Positions 34,763 to 45,955 of a DNA stretch of 64,000 nucleotides are shown here, piece by piece. How positions within the stretch are numbered: position 1 is the first letter of the stretch; the number at the start of each line of letters is the position of its first letter. Source of the stretch: Macrostomum lignano. Lineage: Eukaryota. The notes beneath the pieces are model-generated. The model was not told the DNA's origin and did not search any database. It was given only the letters and a program-made list of their open reading frames with translations. Both the position numbers and the translations under genes were made by a program. Location of the stretch: contig NIVC01002239.1 in assembly GCA_002269645.1 (NCBI GenBank), positions 220,325 through 284,324 on the forward strand, written 5' to 3'.

Positions 34763-37700
34763 ATGGCTGGAGATGATGATGAGGAGCTCAACAGTGCCGC
34801 AGAGGTGTACTCCTGTTTCCGCCACATCGAGCTGTTGCCAGGCGCCAAGCCTCATCCTGGCAACGTGGTTGAGTCTGACTGCCTAGCAACCGTCGACCTG
34901 CCGCCCGCTGTGTTCCCCCTGGCCGACTCGCTGCCCAGTGAGGCCGTCACCGAGGGCCGGCTGAGCTCCCTGCAGCTGCAGGGCGTGCTGTACGCCTGCC
35001 AGCGCCACCGGACTCTGCTGCCTGGCGGCGAGCGGGCCGGCTTCTTCATCGGGGATGCCGCGGGAGTCGGCAAGGTAACTGTGGGAGAAATTGTCGAGCT
35101 GAGCTCAATGAGGCGTGCCTGAGTCGGAGTCTAGGATTTGTTTTGTTGATGATTTTTCGAGTTGGAATAATGGGATTTAGATTAAGGCAGTGGACTCCGG
35201 TTGGGGAGCTGACTCGTACGAGTGTGGCCCAAAGGCGTGCGTTCTGCCACCCCCTCCCCACTCTGTGGCCACTCTTGGCCGATGCGAGGTGTATTTTGTT
35301 GTTGTATTGCAGTTGGGATGACGAGACTAGTTTGCATGACGGGACTCTAGTTTGCATGACGGGACTCTAGTTTGCATGACGGGACTCTAGTTTGCATGAC
35401 GGGACTCTAGATGGGATGGCGGGACTAGTTGGGATGAAAGGATTTGAGTTCGTCGGAGGGGAAGCCAGTATTAGTTCTGAAGCCAATCAAAGCAGTCAGT
35501 CGGGCTGATCCGCCTCCGCAGGGCCGCCAGATTGCGGCGATAATCCTGGACAGTCTGGCCCGGGGCCGGCCGCGCCACCTGTGGCTGAGTGTGTCGCCAG
35601 ACCTCGCCCAGGACGCCAGGCGGGACCTGTTGGCCATCGGCTGCCATGCCCGCGTCATCGACGGCTGCCGGCAGCTGGACCGGTCGGCCACGGCGTTCGG
35701 CCTGGCCAAGGACTGCCGCGAGGGCGTCCTGTTCAACACCTACGCCTGTCTGGTGTCGGGCGGCTCCGGCGCCAGCCGCAAGACCCGCCTTGAGCAGCTT
35801 ATCGACTGGTGCTCCGGCGACTCGGCGCCAGCCAAATTCGACGGCTGTCTCGTGCTGGACGAGTGCCACCGCGCCAAGCACTTCCTGCCGGACGCCAAGG
35901 AGGCCGCCAACTCCAAGGTAGCTGCGGCTGTCATTGAACTGCAGCAGCGGCTGCCGCTGGCACGAGTGGTTAGTGAGCTTCTGGAATCCCTGAACTGGCA
36001 CTGAGAATCTCCCTGAACTGGCATTGAAAATCTCCCTGAACTGGCACTGAGAATATACCTGAACTGGCACTGAGAAAATACCTGAACTGGCACTGAGAAT
36101 ATACCTGAACTGGCACTGAGAATATACCTGAACTGGCACTGAGAATCTCCCTGAACTGGCACTGAGAATATACCTGAACTGGCACTGAAAATCTCCCTAA
36201 ACTGGCACTGAGAATCTCCCTGAACTGGCACTGAGAATCTCCCTGAACTGGCACTGAGAATCTCCCTGAACTGGCACTGAGAATATACCTGAACTGGCAC
36301 TGAGAATCTCCCTGAACTGGCACTGAGAATATACCTGAACTGGCACTGAGAATATACCTGAACTGGCACTGAGAATATACCTGAACTGGCACTGAGAATA
36401 TACCTGAACTGGCACTGAGAATATACCTGAACTGGCACTGAGAATATACCTGAACTGGCACTGAGAATATACCTGAACTGGCACTGAGAATCTCCCTGAA
36501 CTGGCACTGAGAATATACCTGAACTGGCACTGAAAATCTGCCTGAACTGGCACTGAAAATCTCCCTAAACTGGCACTGAAAATCTCCCTAAACTGGCACT
36601 GAAAATCTCCCTAAACTGGCACTGAAAATCTCCCTGAACTGGCACTGAAAATCTCCCTAAACTGGCACTGAAAATCTCCCTAAACTGGCACTGGAATCCC
36701 ACAAACTTCGCCGACACCCCAGGTGTACTGCAGCGCCACAGGTGTATCGGAGCTGAAAAACCTGGCCTACATGACCCGGCTTGGCCTGTGGGGCCCCAGC
36801 CGCCCCTTCGCCAGCTTCCAGGATTTCCGCGGCCTGTTGGAGCGCCGCGGCCTGGCTGCAGCGGAGATGCTGGCCGCCGAGCTGAAGGCCACTGGCGTGT
36901 ACGTGGCCCGCGGCCTGTCCTTCCGGGACGCCGAGTTCGCCATTGTGGACGCGCCGCTCACGACCGGCGACATTGCGCTGTATGACTCCGCGGCTGCTCT
37001 GTGGCGACGAGTGAGCACTGGGGTGGGACGGGGCCCGACTCAGTGTCATGTCATGTCTTATATCATTTCATTGATGTCTAATGTCATTTCACTAATTTCT
37101 AATGTCATTCCACTGATGCCTAATGTCATTTTACTGATGCCTAATGTCATTCCACTGGTGCCTAATGTCATTCCACTTCCACTGATGCCTGATGTCATTC
37201 CACTGGTGCCTAATGTCATTCCACTTCCACTGGTGCCTGATGTCATTCCATTGATGCCTGATGTCATTCCACTGATGCCTGATGTCATTCCACTGATGCC
37301 TGATGTCATTCCATTGATGCCTGATGTCATTCCACTGGTGCCTAATGTCATTCCACTTCCACTGGTGCCTGATGTCATTCCATTGATGCCTGATGTCATT
37401 CCACTGGTGCCTAATGTCACTCTGTCGAAGAAAATTTTCGCGCCGTTAATTCCCAGCGTCACTTCGCTGATGCCCAATGCCATTTAATCTTTACAAAATA
37501 TCGCTTCAATTGAGTCAAATGTTATTCCACTTGCGCCTAATGTCACTCCAATCTCCCCCGCCCCCGCAGATTCACTCCAGCCTGCTCCGCGCCTGCTCCC
37601 TGTGCCGAGTTCGCTCTCCAGGCCAGCACCTGCGCAGCTACTGGTCCGCCCACCAGCGCTTTTTCCTGCAGCTCTGCCTGTCGCTGCGGGTGCCCGCCGT

Positions 37701-40700
37701 GCTGGCTGAGGCCAAGCGGGCCCTGGACATCGGCCTCTGCCCTGTGCTGGGCCTGCAGAGCACCGGAGAAGCCGGCCTGCACGCCTCCGCCGATCTGCAG
37801 TCGCCCTCCGGCTTCGTGTCGGTTTGTCGACACGTGTGCCGGCAGTTCCTGCTGTCGCACTTCCCCGCCGTGTCCACCCTGACTGGCCAGCCCGAGACCT
37901 GGAGCAGCGGCGAGAGACAGCGCCTGCTGGACGAGCTGGAGGCCTGCGAGCTGCCGGCCGGGGGACTCGACCTGCTCATTGACGGCCTTGGGGGGCCTGA
38001 CGATGTGGCAGAAATGACAGGTAGTAGAAACTTGGGGTTTTCATATGTAATTAGTCCTGTGCGATTCTGTGGGAGAATCAGGATCTCATCTGGTGTCTGA
38101 TTGGCCCTGTGGGAGAATCGGGATCCCATCTGGTGTCTGATTGGCCCTGTGGGAGAATCGGGATCTCACCTGGTGTCTGATTGGCCCTGTGCAGGCCGGC
38201 GCAGCCGCATCATCCGCTGCAAGGGCCGCGGCGGCTTTCGCCTGGAGAGCCGGTACGCGGAGAGCGGCGATGCGCAGAGCGTGAACGCCAGCGAGCGGCA
38301 GCGCTTCATGGCGGGCCAGAAGCTGGCGGCCGTCATCTCGGATGCGGCCTCCACCGGCATCAGTCTGCACGCCGACCCTGGCTGTGCCAACACCCGCCGG
38401 CGGGTGCACGTGACCGCCGAGCTGCCCTGGTCTGCCGAGAAAGCGGTGAGGCCCGATGCACTGTAGTCTGAATGCCGATCCTAATTAGAAAGCATGCAGG
38501 ATTTTGTGAATATCCCATTGGGTAGCTTTGTGAATATCCCATTGGGTAGCTTTGTGAATATCCCATTGGGTAGCTTTGTGAATATCCCATTGGGTAGCTT
38601 TGTGAATATCCCATTGGGTAGCTTTGTGAATATCCCATTGGGTAGCTTTGTGAATATCCCATTGGGTAGCTTTGTGAATATCCCATTGGGTAGCTTTGTG
38701 AATATCCCATTGGGTAGCTTTGTGAATATCCCATTGGGTAGCTTTGTGAATATCCCATTGGGTAGCTTTGTGAATATCCCATTGGGTAGCTTTGTGAATA
38801 TCCCATTGGGTAGCTTTGTGAATATCCCATTGGGTAGCTTTGTGAATATCCCATTGGGTAGCTTTGTGAATATCCCATTGGGTAGCTTTGTGAATATCCC
38901 ATTGGGTAGCTTTGTGAATATCCCATTGGGTAGCTTTGTGAATATCCCATTGGGTAGCTTTGTGAATATCCCATTGGGTAGCTTTGTGAATATCCCATTG
39001 GGTAGCTTTGTGAATATCCCATTGGGTAGCTTTGTGAATATCCCATTGGGTAGCTTTGTGAATATCCCATTGGGTAGCTTTGTGAATATCCCATTGGGTA
39101 GCTTTGTGAATATCCCATTGGGTAGCTTTGTGAATATCCCATTGGGTAGCTTTGTGAATATCCCATTGGGTAGCTTTGTAAATATCCCATTTGGATGGTA
39201 ATCTATTGTCGTTCCTTTTTGGTATTTCTCAGTCACATTTGGGATAATAAATATGGGATTTGTATCTGCAACAGCTCGGTCATTCCTGAGCATCCCAAAT
39301 CCCAACTCAGGTGCAGCAGCTGGGCCGCACGCACCGCTCAGGCCAGTCCAGCGGCCCCGTCTACCGCCTGGTCTGCCTGGACCTGGCCGGCGAGCGCCGC
39401 TTCTGCTCCGGTGTTGCCAAGCGGCTGCAGACTCTGGGCGCCCTGACCAAGGCCGACCGGCGGGCCGCCCTGGTTGGCGACCTCGGCCACCTCAACTGTG
39501 ACACCGGCCGCGGCAGGGCGGCCCTGCGCCGGCTGTATCAGTACACTGCGGCCGGCCGCCTGCTGCGGGGCGTAAGCCTGCCGGAGGTCTTCGACGGCGA
39601 GGTCTCGACTGAGCAGGAGGGCGTGCGGGTGAGCATACAGGAGGAGTCATGTTTGAGAGGCATGAAGTTGGGAGTTGGGAGAGTCATGGCTAATGTGAGA
39701 GTCATGGCTCAGGTGAGAGTCATGGCTCAGGTGTTGAAGGCATAGCTCAGGTGAGAGTCATGGCTAAGGTGAGAGTTATGGCTCAGGTGTTGAAGGCATA
39801 GCTCAGGTGAGAGTCATGGCTAAGGTGAGAGTTATGGCTCAGGTGAGAGTCATGGCTCAGGTGTTGAAGGCATAGCTCAGGTGAGAGTCATGGCTCAGGT
39901 AGGAGAGTCATGGCTAAGGTGAGAGTCATGGCTCAGGTGAGAATCATGGCTCAGGTGTTGAAGGCATAGCTCAGGTGAGAGTCATGGCTAAGGTGAGAGT
40001 GAGTCATTGCTCAGGTGAGAGTCATGGCTAAGGTGAGAGTCATGGCTAAGGTGTGAAAGGCATAGCTCAGGTGAGAGTCATTGCTCAGGTAGGAGAGTCA
40101 TGGCTAAGGTGAGAGTCATGGCTCAGGTGAGAATCATGGCTCAGGTGTTGAAGGCATAGCTCAGGTGAGAGTCATGGCTAAGGTGAGAGTGAGTCATTGC
40201 TCAGGTGAGAGTCATGGCTAAGGTGAGAGTCATGGCTAAGGTGTGAAAGGCATAGCTCAGGTGAGAGTCATTGCTCAGGTAGGAGAGTCATGGCTCAGGT
40301 GAGAGTCATGGCTCAGGTGAGAGTCATGGCTCAGGTGAGAGTCATGGCTCAGGTGAGAGTCATGGCTCAGAGTCACCAGAGAAGAATCCGAACTTTCCGT
40401 TAACTTTACGAGCTCGTAATTTGAAACGCCGCTCCCACCTTGGCCCCGCAGCGGCTGCAGGCCTGCCTGCTGGACATGGACATCTTCGAGCGCCTTGCCG
40501 AGCCCAGCGGCAAGTGTCGCCTCCGCGATGGCGAGACGGGCTCGGTGAATCGCTTCCTGAACAGGCTGCTGGGGCTGCCGGTGGCTGAGCAGGCCTGTCT
40601 GTTCCGCTACTTTCTGGCCGCCTGCGGGCTCGAGCCCGCGCCCGGCTTTGGTGAGCGACCTGCACTGACTGCTGCTCCCATTCCCTGTCTTCCCATCTTC

Positions 40701-42222
40701 CCATCCATCTCCCCTATCTTCCCACCCATCTCCCCTATCTTCCCACCCATCTCCTCTATCTTCCCATCCATCTCCTCTATCTTCCCACCCATCTCCCCTA
40801 TCTTCCCACTCATCTCCCCTATCTTCCCATCCATCTCCTCTATCTTCCCACCCATCTCCTCTATCTTCCCACCCATCTCCCCTATCTTCCCACCCATCTC
40901 CTCTATCTTCCCACCCATCTCCTCTATCTTCCCACCCATCTCCCCTATCTTCCCACCCATCTCCTCTATCTTCCCATCCATCTCCTCTATCTTCCCACCC
41001 ATCTCCTCTATCTTCCCATCCATCTCCTCTATCTTCCCACCCATCTCCTCTATCTTCCCACCCATCTCCCTATCTTCCCACCCATCTCCTCTATCTTCCC
41101 ACCCATCTCCCCTATCTTCCCATCCATCCCATCTGTCTTCAAATCCTGTCTTCATGTCCTCCATTTCTTCCAGTATGAAAGTTTTGTGACGAATAGAAAG
41201 TCTATTCGTCCATGCACCTATGCGAGTGCGAGCTCTCCCTCCCCATCGCCAGCACTCGAATTCCCAAATCCCCTCCCGCAGGCCCCGCAGACGCCGCTTC
41301 TCCCAGCTCACCTCTGGCGGCATCGGCGACAGCAGACGACGACTGCCTGGCGGAGCTGCGCGCCGACTCCATCCGGCTGGTGTCGCCGCCAGCCGAGGCG
41401 TTTCAGCAGAGCTGCCTGCCGGCCGGCCTGCTGTCCCGCCAGGTCACCGCCGTCACCCTGGAGATCACCAGGAGGCTGCGGCGCCGGCAGCCTCACCAGA
41501 GCCAGCAGCGGACTCCGCAGCGCACAGTGACTGAGCGGCTCACCCTGCTCTGCGGCTCCGTGCTGCCGCTGCTGCCCGCGCTGGAGGCCTGCCTGGCCGC
41601 CAACTGGGCCGCCCTGCGAGGCCTGCCCGCCTCTCGTCGTCGCCTGCGGTTCCTGCGAGCCCGCGTCGACGCCGATAGCGAAGCCGACCCCGACGCCGCT
41701 GGCGGCAGCCGTCGGTTTGTTGGCCTCCGATTCCCCGCTGCGCTGCTGCGGGCCGCCGAGGCGGAGCTGGGGCGCCGGCGGCTGCTGGCCCAGCAGGCGG
41801 AGGCCGCCTCTGGACCGACGGCAGCTTCAGCGGCGGCCGGCGCAGCGAAGGAGGAGGCTGTGGCGCCGGTAGACGAGCGGCTGAAGCGCCGGGCAACCAC
41901 GGCACCGCCAACCATTCGAAGCTTTTTCGCTCCGGCGGCCGCTGCGCCTTCACCTTCGCCCTCGCCAGTTCATGCCGCGGCGGCCAGCAAGCGGAAGAGC
42001 TGTGGAGCAGCGGCGGCCGCCCCCAGCCCGGCCAAGCAGGCCCGCATCAGCGACCTGTTCGCCGCCAGGCAGCCGGACGAGTCGGTCTGCCCGAACTGCG
42101 ACAAGCAGCTGCCGGCCTCCGTGCGGCCCCGGGACCACTGGGCCGTCTGCCTCGTTGTGGGGGCCAGCGGCCCGGCCGGTGCGGAACCAAAGCAAGAGAA
42201 ACTGGACAGAGATGCAGCTTAG
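34763..42222 (+). CDS. SBNO: Strawberry notch (SBNO/sno family) SF2 helicase-like protein (~1068 aa, 8 exons) with C-terminal PIP-like motifs and UBZ-type finger
   Basis: Exons 34763-35074, 35522-35968, 36723-37010, 37570-38020, 38195-38445, 39311-39628, 40452-40650, 41282-42222, phases consistent. Motifs GFFIGDAAGVGKGRQIA, DECHRAK, RVVYCSATG, YWSAHQRFF, GLQSTGEA, ELPWSAEKAVQQLGRTHRS, RFLNRLLGL. The 5' start may be preceded by another exon. Confidence 0.93.
35326..35412. repeat. SBNO intron 1: 20-bp tandem (tttgcatgacgggactctag) x~4
   Basis: Direct copies. Confidence 0.9.
35988..36692. repeat. SBNO intron 2: 23-bp minisatellite (cctgaactggcactgagaat(ata/ctc)) x~30
   Basis: Direct copies. 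Confidence 0.97.
37045..37420. repeat. SBNO intron 3: 21-bp minisatellite (gtcattccactgatgcctaat) with variants
   Basis: Direct copies. Confidence 0.93.
38071..38190. repeat. SBNO intron 4: 40-bp unit x3 abutting the acceptor
   Basis: gggagaatc(a/g)ggatc..tggtgtctgattggccctgt at 38071, 38111 and 38151, followed by gcag and exon 5. Confidence 0.95.
38500..39192. repeat. SBNO intron 5: near-perfect 24-bp minisatellite (tttgtgaatatcccattgggtagc) x~29
   Basis: Essentially identical units. Confidence 0.98.
39680..40370. repeat. SBNO intron 6: 18-bp minisatellite (gtgagagtcatggctcag) with higher-order variants
   Basis: Direct copies; junctions read CAG/GTGAG. Confidence 0.95.
40690..41130. repeat. 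SBNO intron 7: 21-bp pyrimidine-rich minisatellite (cccacccatctcctctatctt)
   Basis: Direct copies. Confidence 0.95.
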
Positions 42223-42311
42223 TTGCCAGGTTTAGGAGCTGCTCAGAACTGCTCTGGGCCTGGCTTTTCTGCTTGAGATTGGGGCCAGCTGGGCAGCCAA
42301 GCTTGAGTTCG

Positions 42312-42408
42312 TGGCTGTGTACAGGTGGCATACCAGGTGATGGCTGTGTACAGGTGGCATACCAGGTGATGGCTGTGTACAGGTGGTATACCAGGTGATG
42401 GCTGTGGG
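42312..42408. repeat. 29-bp tandem (gctgtgtacaggtggcataccaggtgatg) x3 in the SBNO 3' region
   Basis: Direct copies. Confidence 0.85.
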
Positions 42409-42724
42409 TGACAAGTGAAGGTGATTGAGAGGGGTTGCTTGCTGAGTCACCAGTGCAGAGCATTTATACTTTAAATATTTTATTCTATTTACGGTACAGT
42501 TTGGCAAGATTGGCGGCTCAGTTCGAGCTGATCTTCCAGTCTCATTGCGAGCTCCCCATTTTGCGAGTTTCGCATTCTCTCGCCGATAGCTTCTCCCGTG
42601 TCTAAGATTATTTTATTTTCTAGTTCAAATATACTTCGTAGTTTGCTTCAAGCTTGTGTATATTGCTAAAGTACAAGTGTCTCTAGACCCGTTAAAATCA
42701 CTTCGATTTTTGTCGTGTATTACT

Positions 42725-44087
42725 TACTTACTTACTACCGACGGGGGGCAGAGCGCCGCGAATAGGCCGCGAGGCCCCTATCGCAACCCCAAGCTAAAAA
42801 CAGAAAGGCGTTAGCCTTGGGGCTGCGCCCACCCCTCGCCGGCAGCAGAAGAGCTCGCGAGAGTGGCGTCTGCGATCTTCATCCGCCCAGAATCCCGAAC
42901 GAATGCGCGTAGGTCACGGATCCGGTCCGGAGTGGTGAGTTCGTCAAGCCTTAGCGGATGACCGAGGTGATGCCTCCGCGCCTCGTTGAAGTGCGGGCAG
43001 AAAGTGACGTGGTGCGTCGAGGTTTCCTCTTCTAAATCACAGAATGGGCAGATAGGGGAGCAGCCACTTTGCAGTGAAATGTCTCTGGAAGAAGCCATGG
43101 CCAGTAATGACCATGCACATCTCCCTGAGGTTAGTTTTACTTAAGAAGATTAGATATTCGGATACTTTCCGGTTAATGGCAGGCATAGCCTTTCGTGCTT
43201 GCCGGTATTCGGAGCAGCTGTCCCAGTGAGTCTGATGCTGGCGGTTCAGCCAATCTTGAATGGCGCGGTTGAGCGATGACTTCGGAGAAGGTAACTTGAC
43301 TGAGCGTTGCGCTCCATCAGGGGTGCAACCCCGCTTGGCAAGCTGATCCACAAGCTCGTTGCCGAGGATGTTGCTATGGCCTGGTGTCCAGATAACATTG
43401 ATCCTGTTGAGAATCGCTAGGGTCTGCAAGCTTTTGAGGCAGTCTGAAACTGACTTGGTTGAGAGCTTGATGGAAGACAAGGCCTTAATAGCGGCCTGGC
43501 TGTCAGAGTAAAAATAAATGTCAAAGCTGCTGATGCCAGCTTTGTGCAAATGCTCAGCGCACTGGTTGATAGCTACAACTTCGGATTGAAAAACCGAGAC
43601 ATTCTCACCAAGATGAAGACTCTCCTGTAAGATCGCCTCACCCTTGTGGAAAATGGCAATGCCTGCACCAGCGAGACCGTCACACAGGGATCCGTCAGTG
43701 AAGCAGTGAATACCTTGGCTTCTCCGGTTGATGCCCACGTCCAGCGGGTGACTCCCTCTCGGTGGAAGAGTACACTTGAAGCCCCTCCTGAGGATGAGAG
43801 TGGGGGATTTGCAGTCCACCTCGTCTAAATTGAGGTGGATGCGTTGAAGATCGCGACGGATGTAGTCCAGATGCGGGAAATGAGTCTTCTCGGGCATGAA
43901 GCCTGAGAGCATGTTAGCAATAAATTTATCACAGATGAGACGCGTGGCGCCCTTCATCGCCTCAGCTCTAATGAACAAATGCAGCGGAGGCATGCTGAGG
44001 ATGGTGTTGAGCCCCTCGTAAGGGGTGGATGGATACGCACCGGTGATGGCTCGGCAGATGTTACCCTGCAGTTGGTACAACCGGTCC
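42725..44087 (-). mobile_element. 5'-truncated non-LTR retrotransposon with RNase H and CCHC finger (I/R1/LOA-like), young insertion
   Basis: RNase H FTDGS..., [31 protein letters not shown]; [18 protein letters not shown]; (TAAG)n tail; identical 17-bp TSD ttttgtcgtgtattact at 42708-42724 and 44088-44104; one frameshift near 43085. Confidence 0.93.
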
Positions 44088-44219
44088 TTTTGTCGTGTAT
44101 TACTGGATTCCGCACCGCCTACTTCTAGTAATAGAATGCGGTCCACTGTCTTATATTCCGCTAAAAAATAAGGATTGACAAGCTGGTGACCAGAGATAAT
44201 GACTATTTTAACCAAGTGG

Positions 44220-44450
44220 GAATGACCTGTGAGGATGATGAACTGGTAGTGAGCATAATGACGGAATGACCAGTGAGGATAATGACGGAATGACCAGCGA
44301 GGATAATGACGGAATGACCAGCGAGGATAATGACGGAATGGTCAGGATGATGGAATGACAAGCGAGGATAATGACGGAATGGTCAGGATGACGGAATGAC
44401 CAGCGAGGATAATGACGGAATGGTCAGGATGGTGGAATGACCTGTGAGGA
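44220..44450. repeat. ~24-bp tandem (gaggataatgacggaatgaccagc) with variants
   Basis: Direct copies. Confidence 0.85.
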
Positions 44451-44524
44451 TAATTTTGGTTAACCCAGGTTGGTTCCGTGTTTAGCCTGGAGATATATGT
44501 ACTTTTAATGGCTTTGTTTGAACA

Positions 44525-44655
44525 GGAGGTTGTAGCCTATTGGTTAGAGCCTCTAAATCACGACTGAAAGGTTGGGGGTTCGATTCACTATCCCACTGGA
44601 ACAATTTGTGTCCTTGACCAAGACACTTAACTCTGCATTACTTCAGTTCACCCAG
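44525..44655 (+). mobile_element. tRNA-derived SINE (family A), 3'-truncated, CORE-like body
   Basis: A box tagcctattgg, B box ggttcgattca, then tgtgtccttgaccaagacacttaactctgc; homologous to 53822-53950. Confidence 0.8.
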
Positions 44656-44659
44656 AATT

Positions 44660-45255
44660 TGTCCTCATTGATAATTCCTATTGGGATACTCGTAATAATG
44701 GTCATCTATCCTCATTGATAACTCCTATGGGGATAATAATGGTCATCTATCCACATTGATAACTCCTATTGGGATAATAATGGTCATCTATCCTCATTGA
44801 TAACTCCTATGGGGATAATAATGGTCATCTATCCTCATTGATAACTCCTATGGGGATAATAATGGTCATCTATCCACATTGATAACTCCTATTGGGATAA
44901 TAATGGTCATCTATCCTCATTGATAACTCCTATGGGGATAATAATGGTCATCTATCCTCATTGATAACTCCTATTGGGATAATAATGGTCATCTATCCTC
45001 ATTGATAACTCCTATGGGGATAATAATGGTCATCTATCCTCATTGATAACTCCTATGGGGATAATAATGGTCATCTATCCTCATTGATAACTCCTATGGG
45101 GATAATAATGGTCATCTATCCTCATTGATAACTCCTATGGGGATAATAATGGTCATCTATCCTCATTGATAACTCCTATGGGGATAATAATGGTCATCTA
45201 TCCTCATTGATAACTCCTATGGGGATAATAATGGTCATCTATCCTCATTGATCCT
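44660..45255. repeat. 41-42-bp minisatellite (ctatcctcattgataactcctatggggataataatggtcat) x~14
   Basis: Direct copies beginning where the SINE breaks off. Confidence 0.96.
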
Positions 45256-45955
45256 ATTTGGTGAATAATTGCCAATTCCTCACAGTTAACTCCGTCAGAA
45301 TTATCCCTATATGATCGAATGCCCAATGGGGATAAATGTTATTGCTATCCCAGTGCAGTATGACTGACCAATGAGGATATCCCGATAGTAAGGCCATGGC
45401 TAGCGGCAATATGAAACATTTTCATTCCAATAGACTCAGAAGCGGCAGTTCCTCATGAGCCGGGACTCGCACCTGCCTCAGGTAATTAACTGTGTTTAGC
45501 GCCGGTGCAAATATTGCCCTCAAGCCGGTGGCTGCTGGCTGCCAATCGTCACGCGTCGGAGATCCTAATTGCGCTTGAGAAGGCGAGAGGGCACAGGGCT
45601 GCCAGCTCAAAGCCCTGCTCAGCTTCTTGGGGGAGGTCTCTGGCCACTCCAGCACGGACTCGAGTCCCTTCCCGAGTCGCGCCGCTGCTTCCGATTGAAG
45701 TTCGGACGGGGGCAGCCACGCAGCAATCGCCCACTTGAGCGGGGGGTGGCTGCGGCTTCCCGCTCGATCTCCCGCGGCCATTGGGGCAGCCCGGCCTGCC
45801 CGCTGCGATCCGCCTCTGCCCTCTAATCAGGGGAACATTTTCTCCCCTGGGCGGGGAGATTTCTGCAGTAGCTATAGGGAGGCTCGTTTGAAGAAATCGA
45901 CTGGGTTTAAAAGTTTGAGCTGCCATTTTTTAAAAATAGTCCCGCTTTGAGAGAA

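Noticed and set aside
35740-41323. Long repetitive ORFs (MPVQVYSQCQF..., MGYSQSYP..., FTKLPNGI..., IFPPISS...)
   Set aside because: Translations of intronic minisatellites; the real SBNO exons splice around them with consistent phase.
44088-44215. N-terminal part of the 392-aa LINE ORF
   Set aside because: Lies beyond the TSD, so it is flanking DNA that happens to be open.
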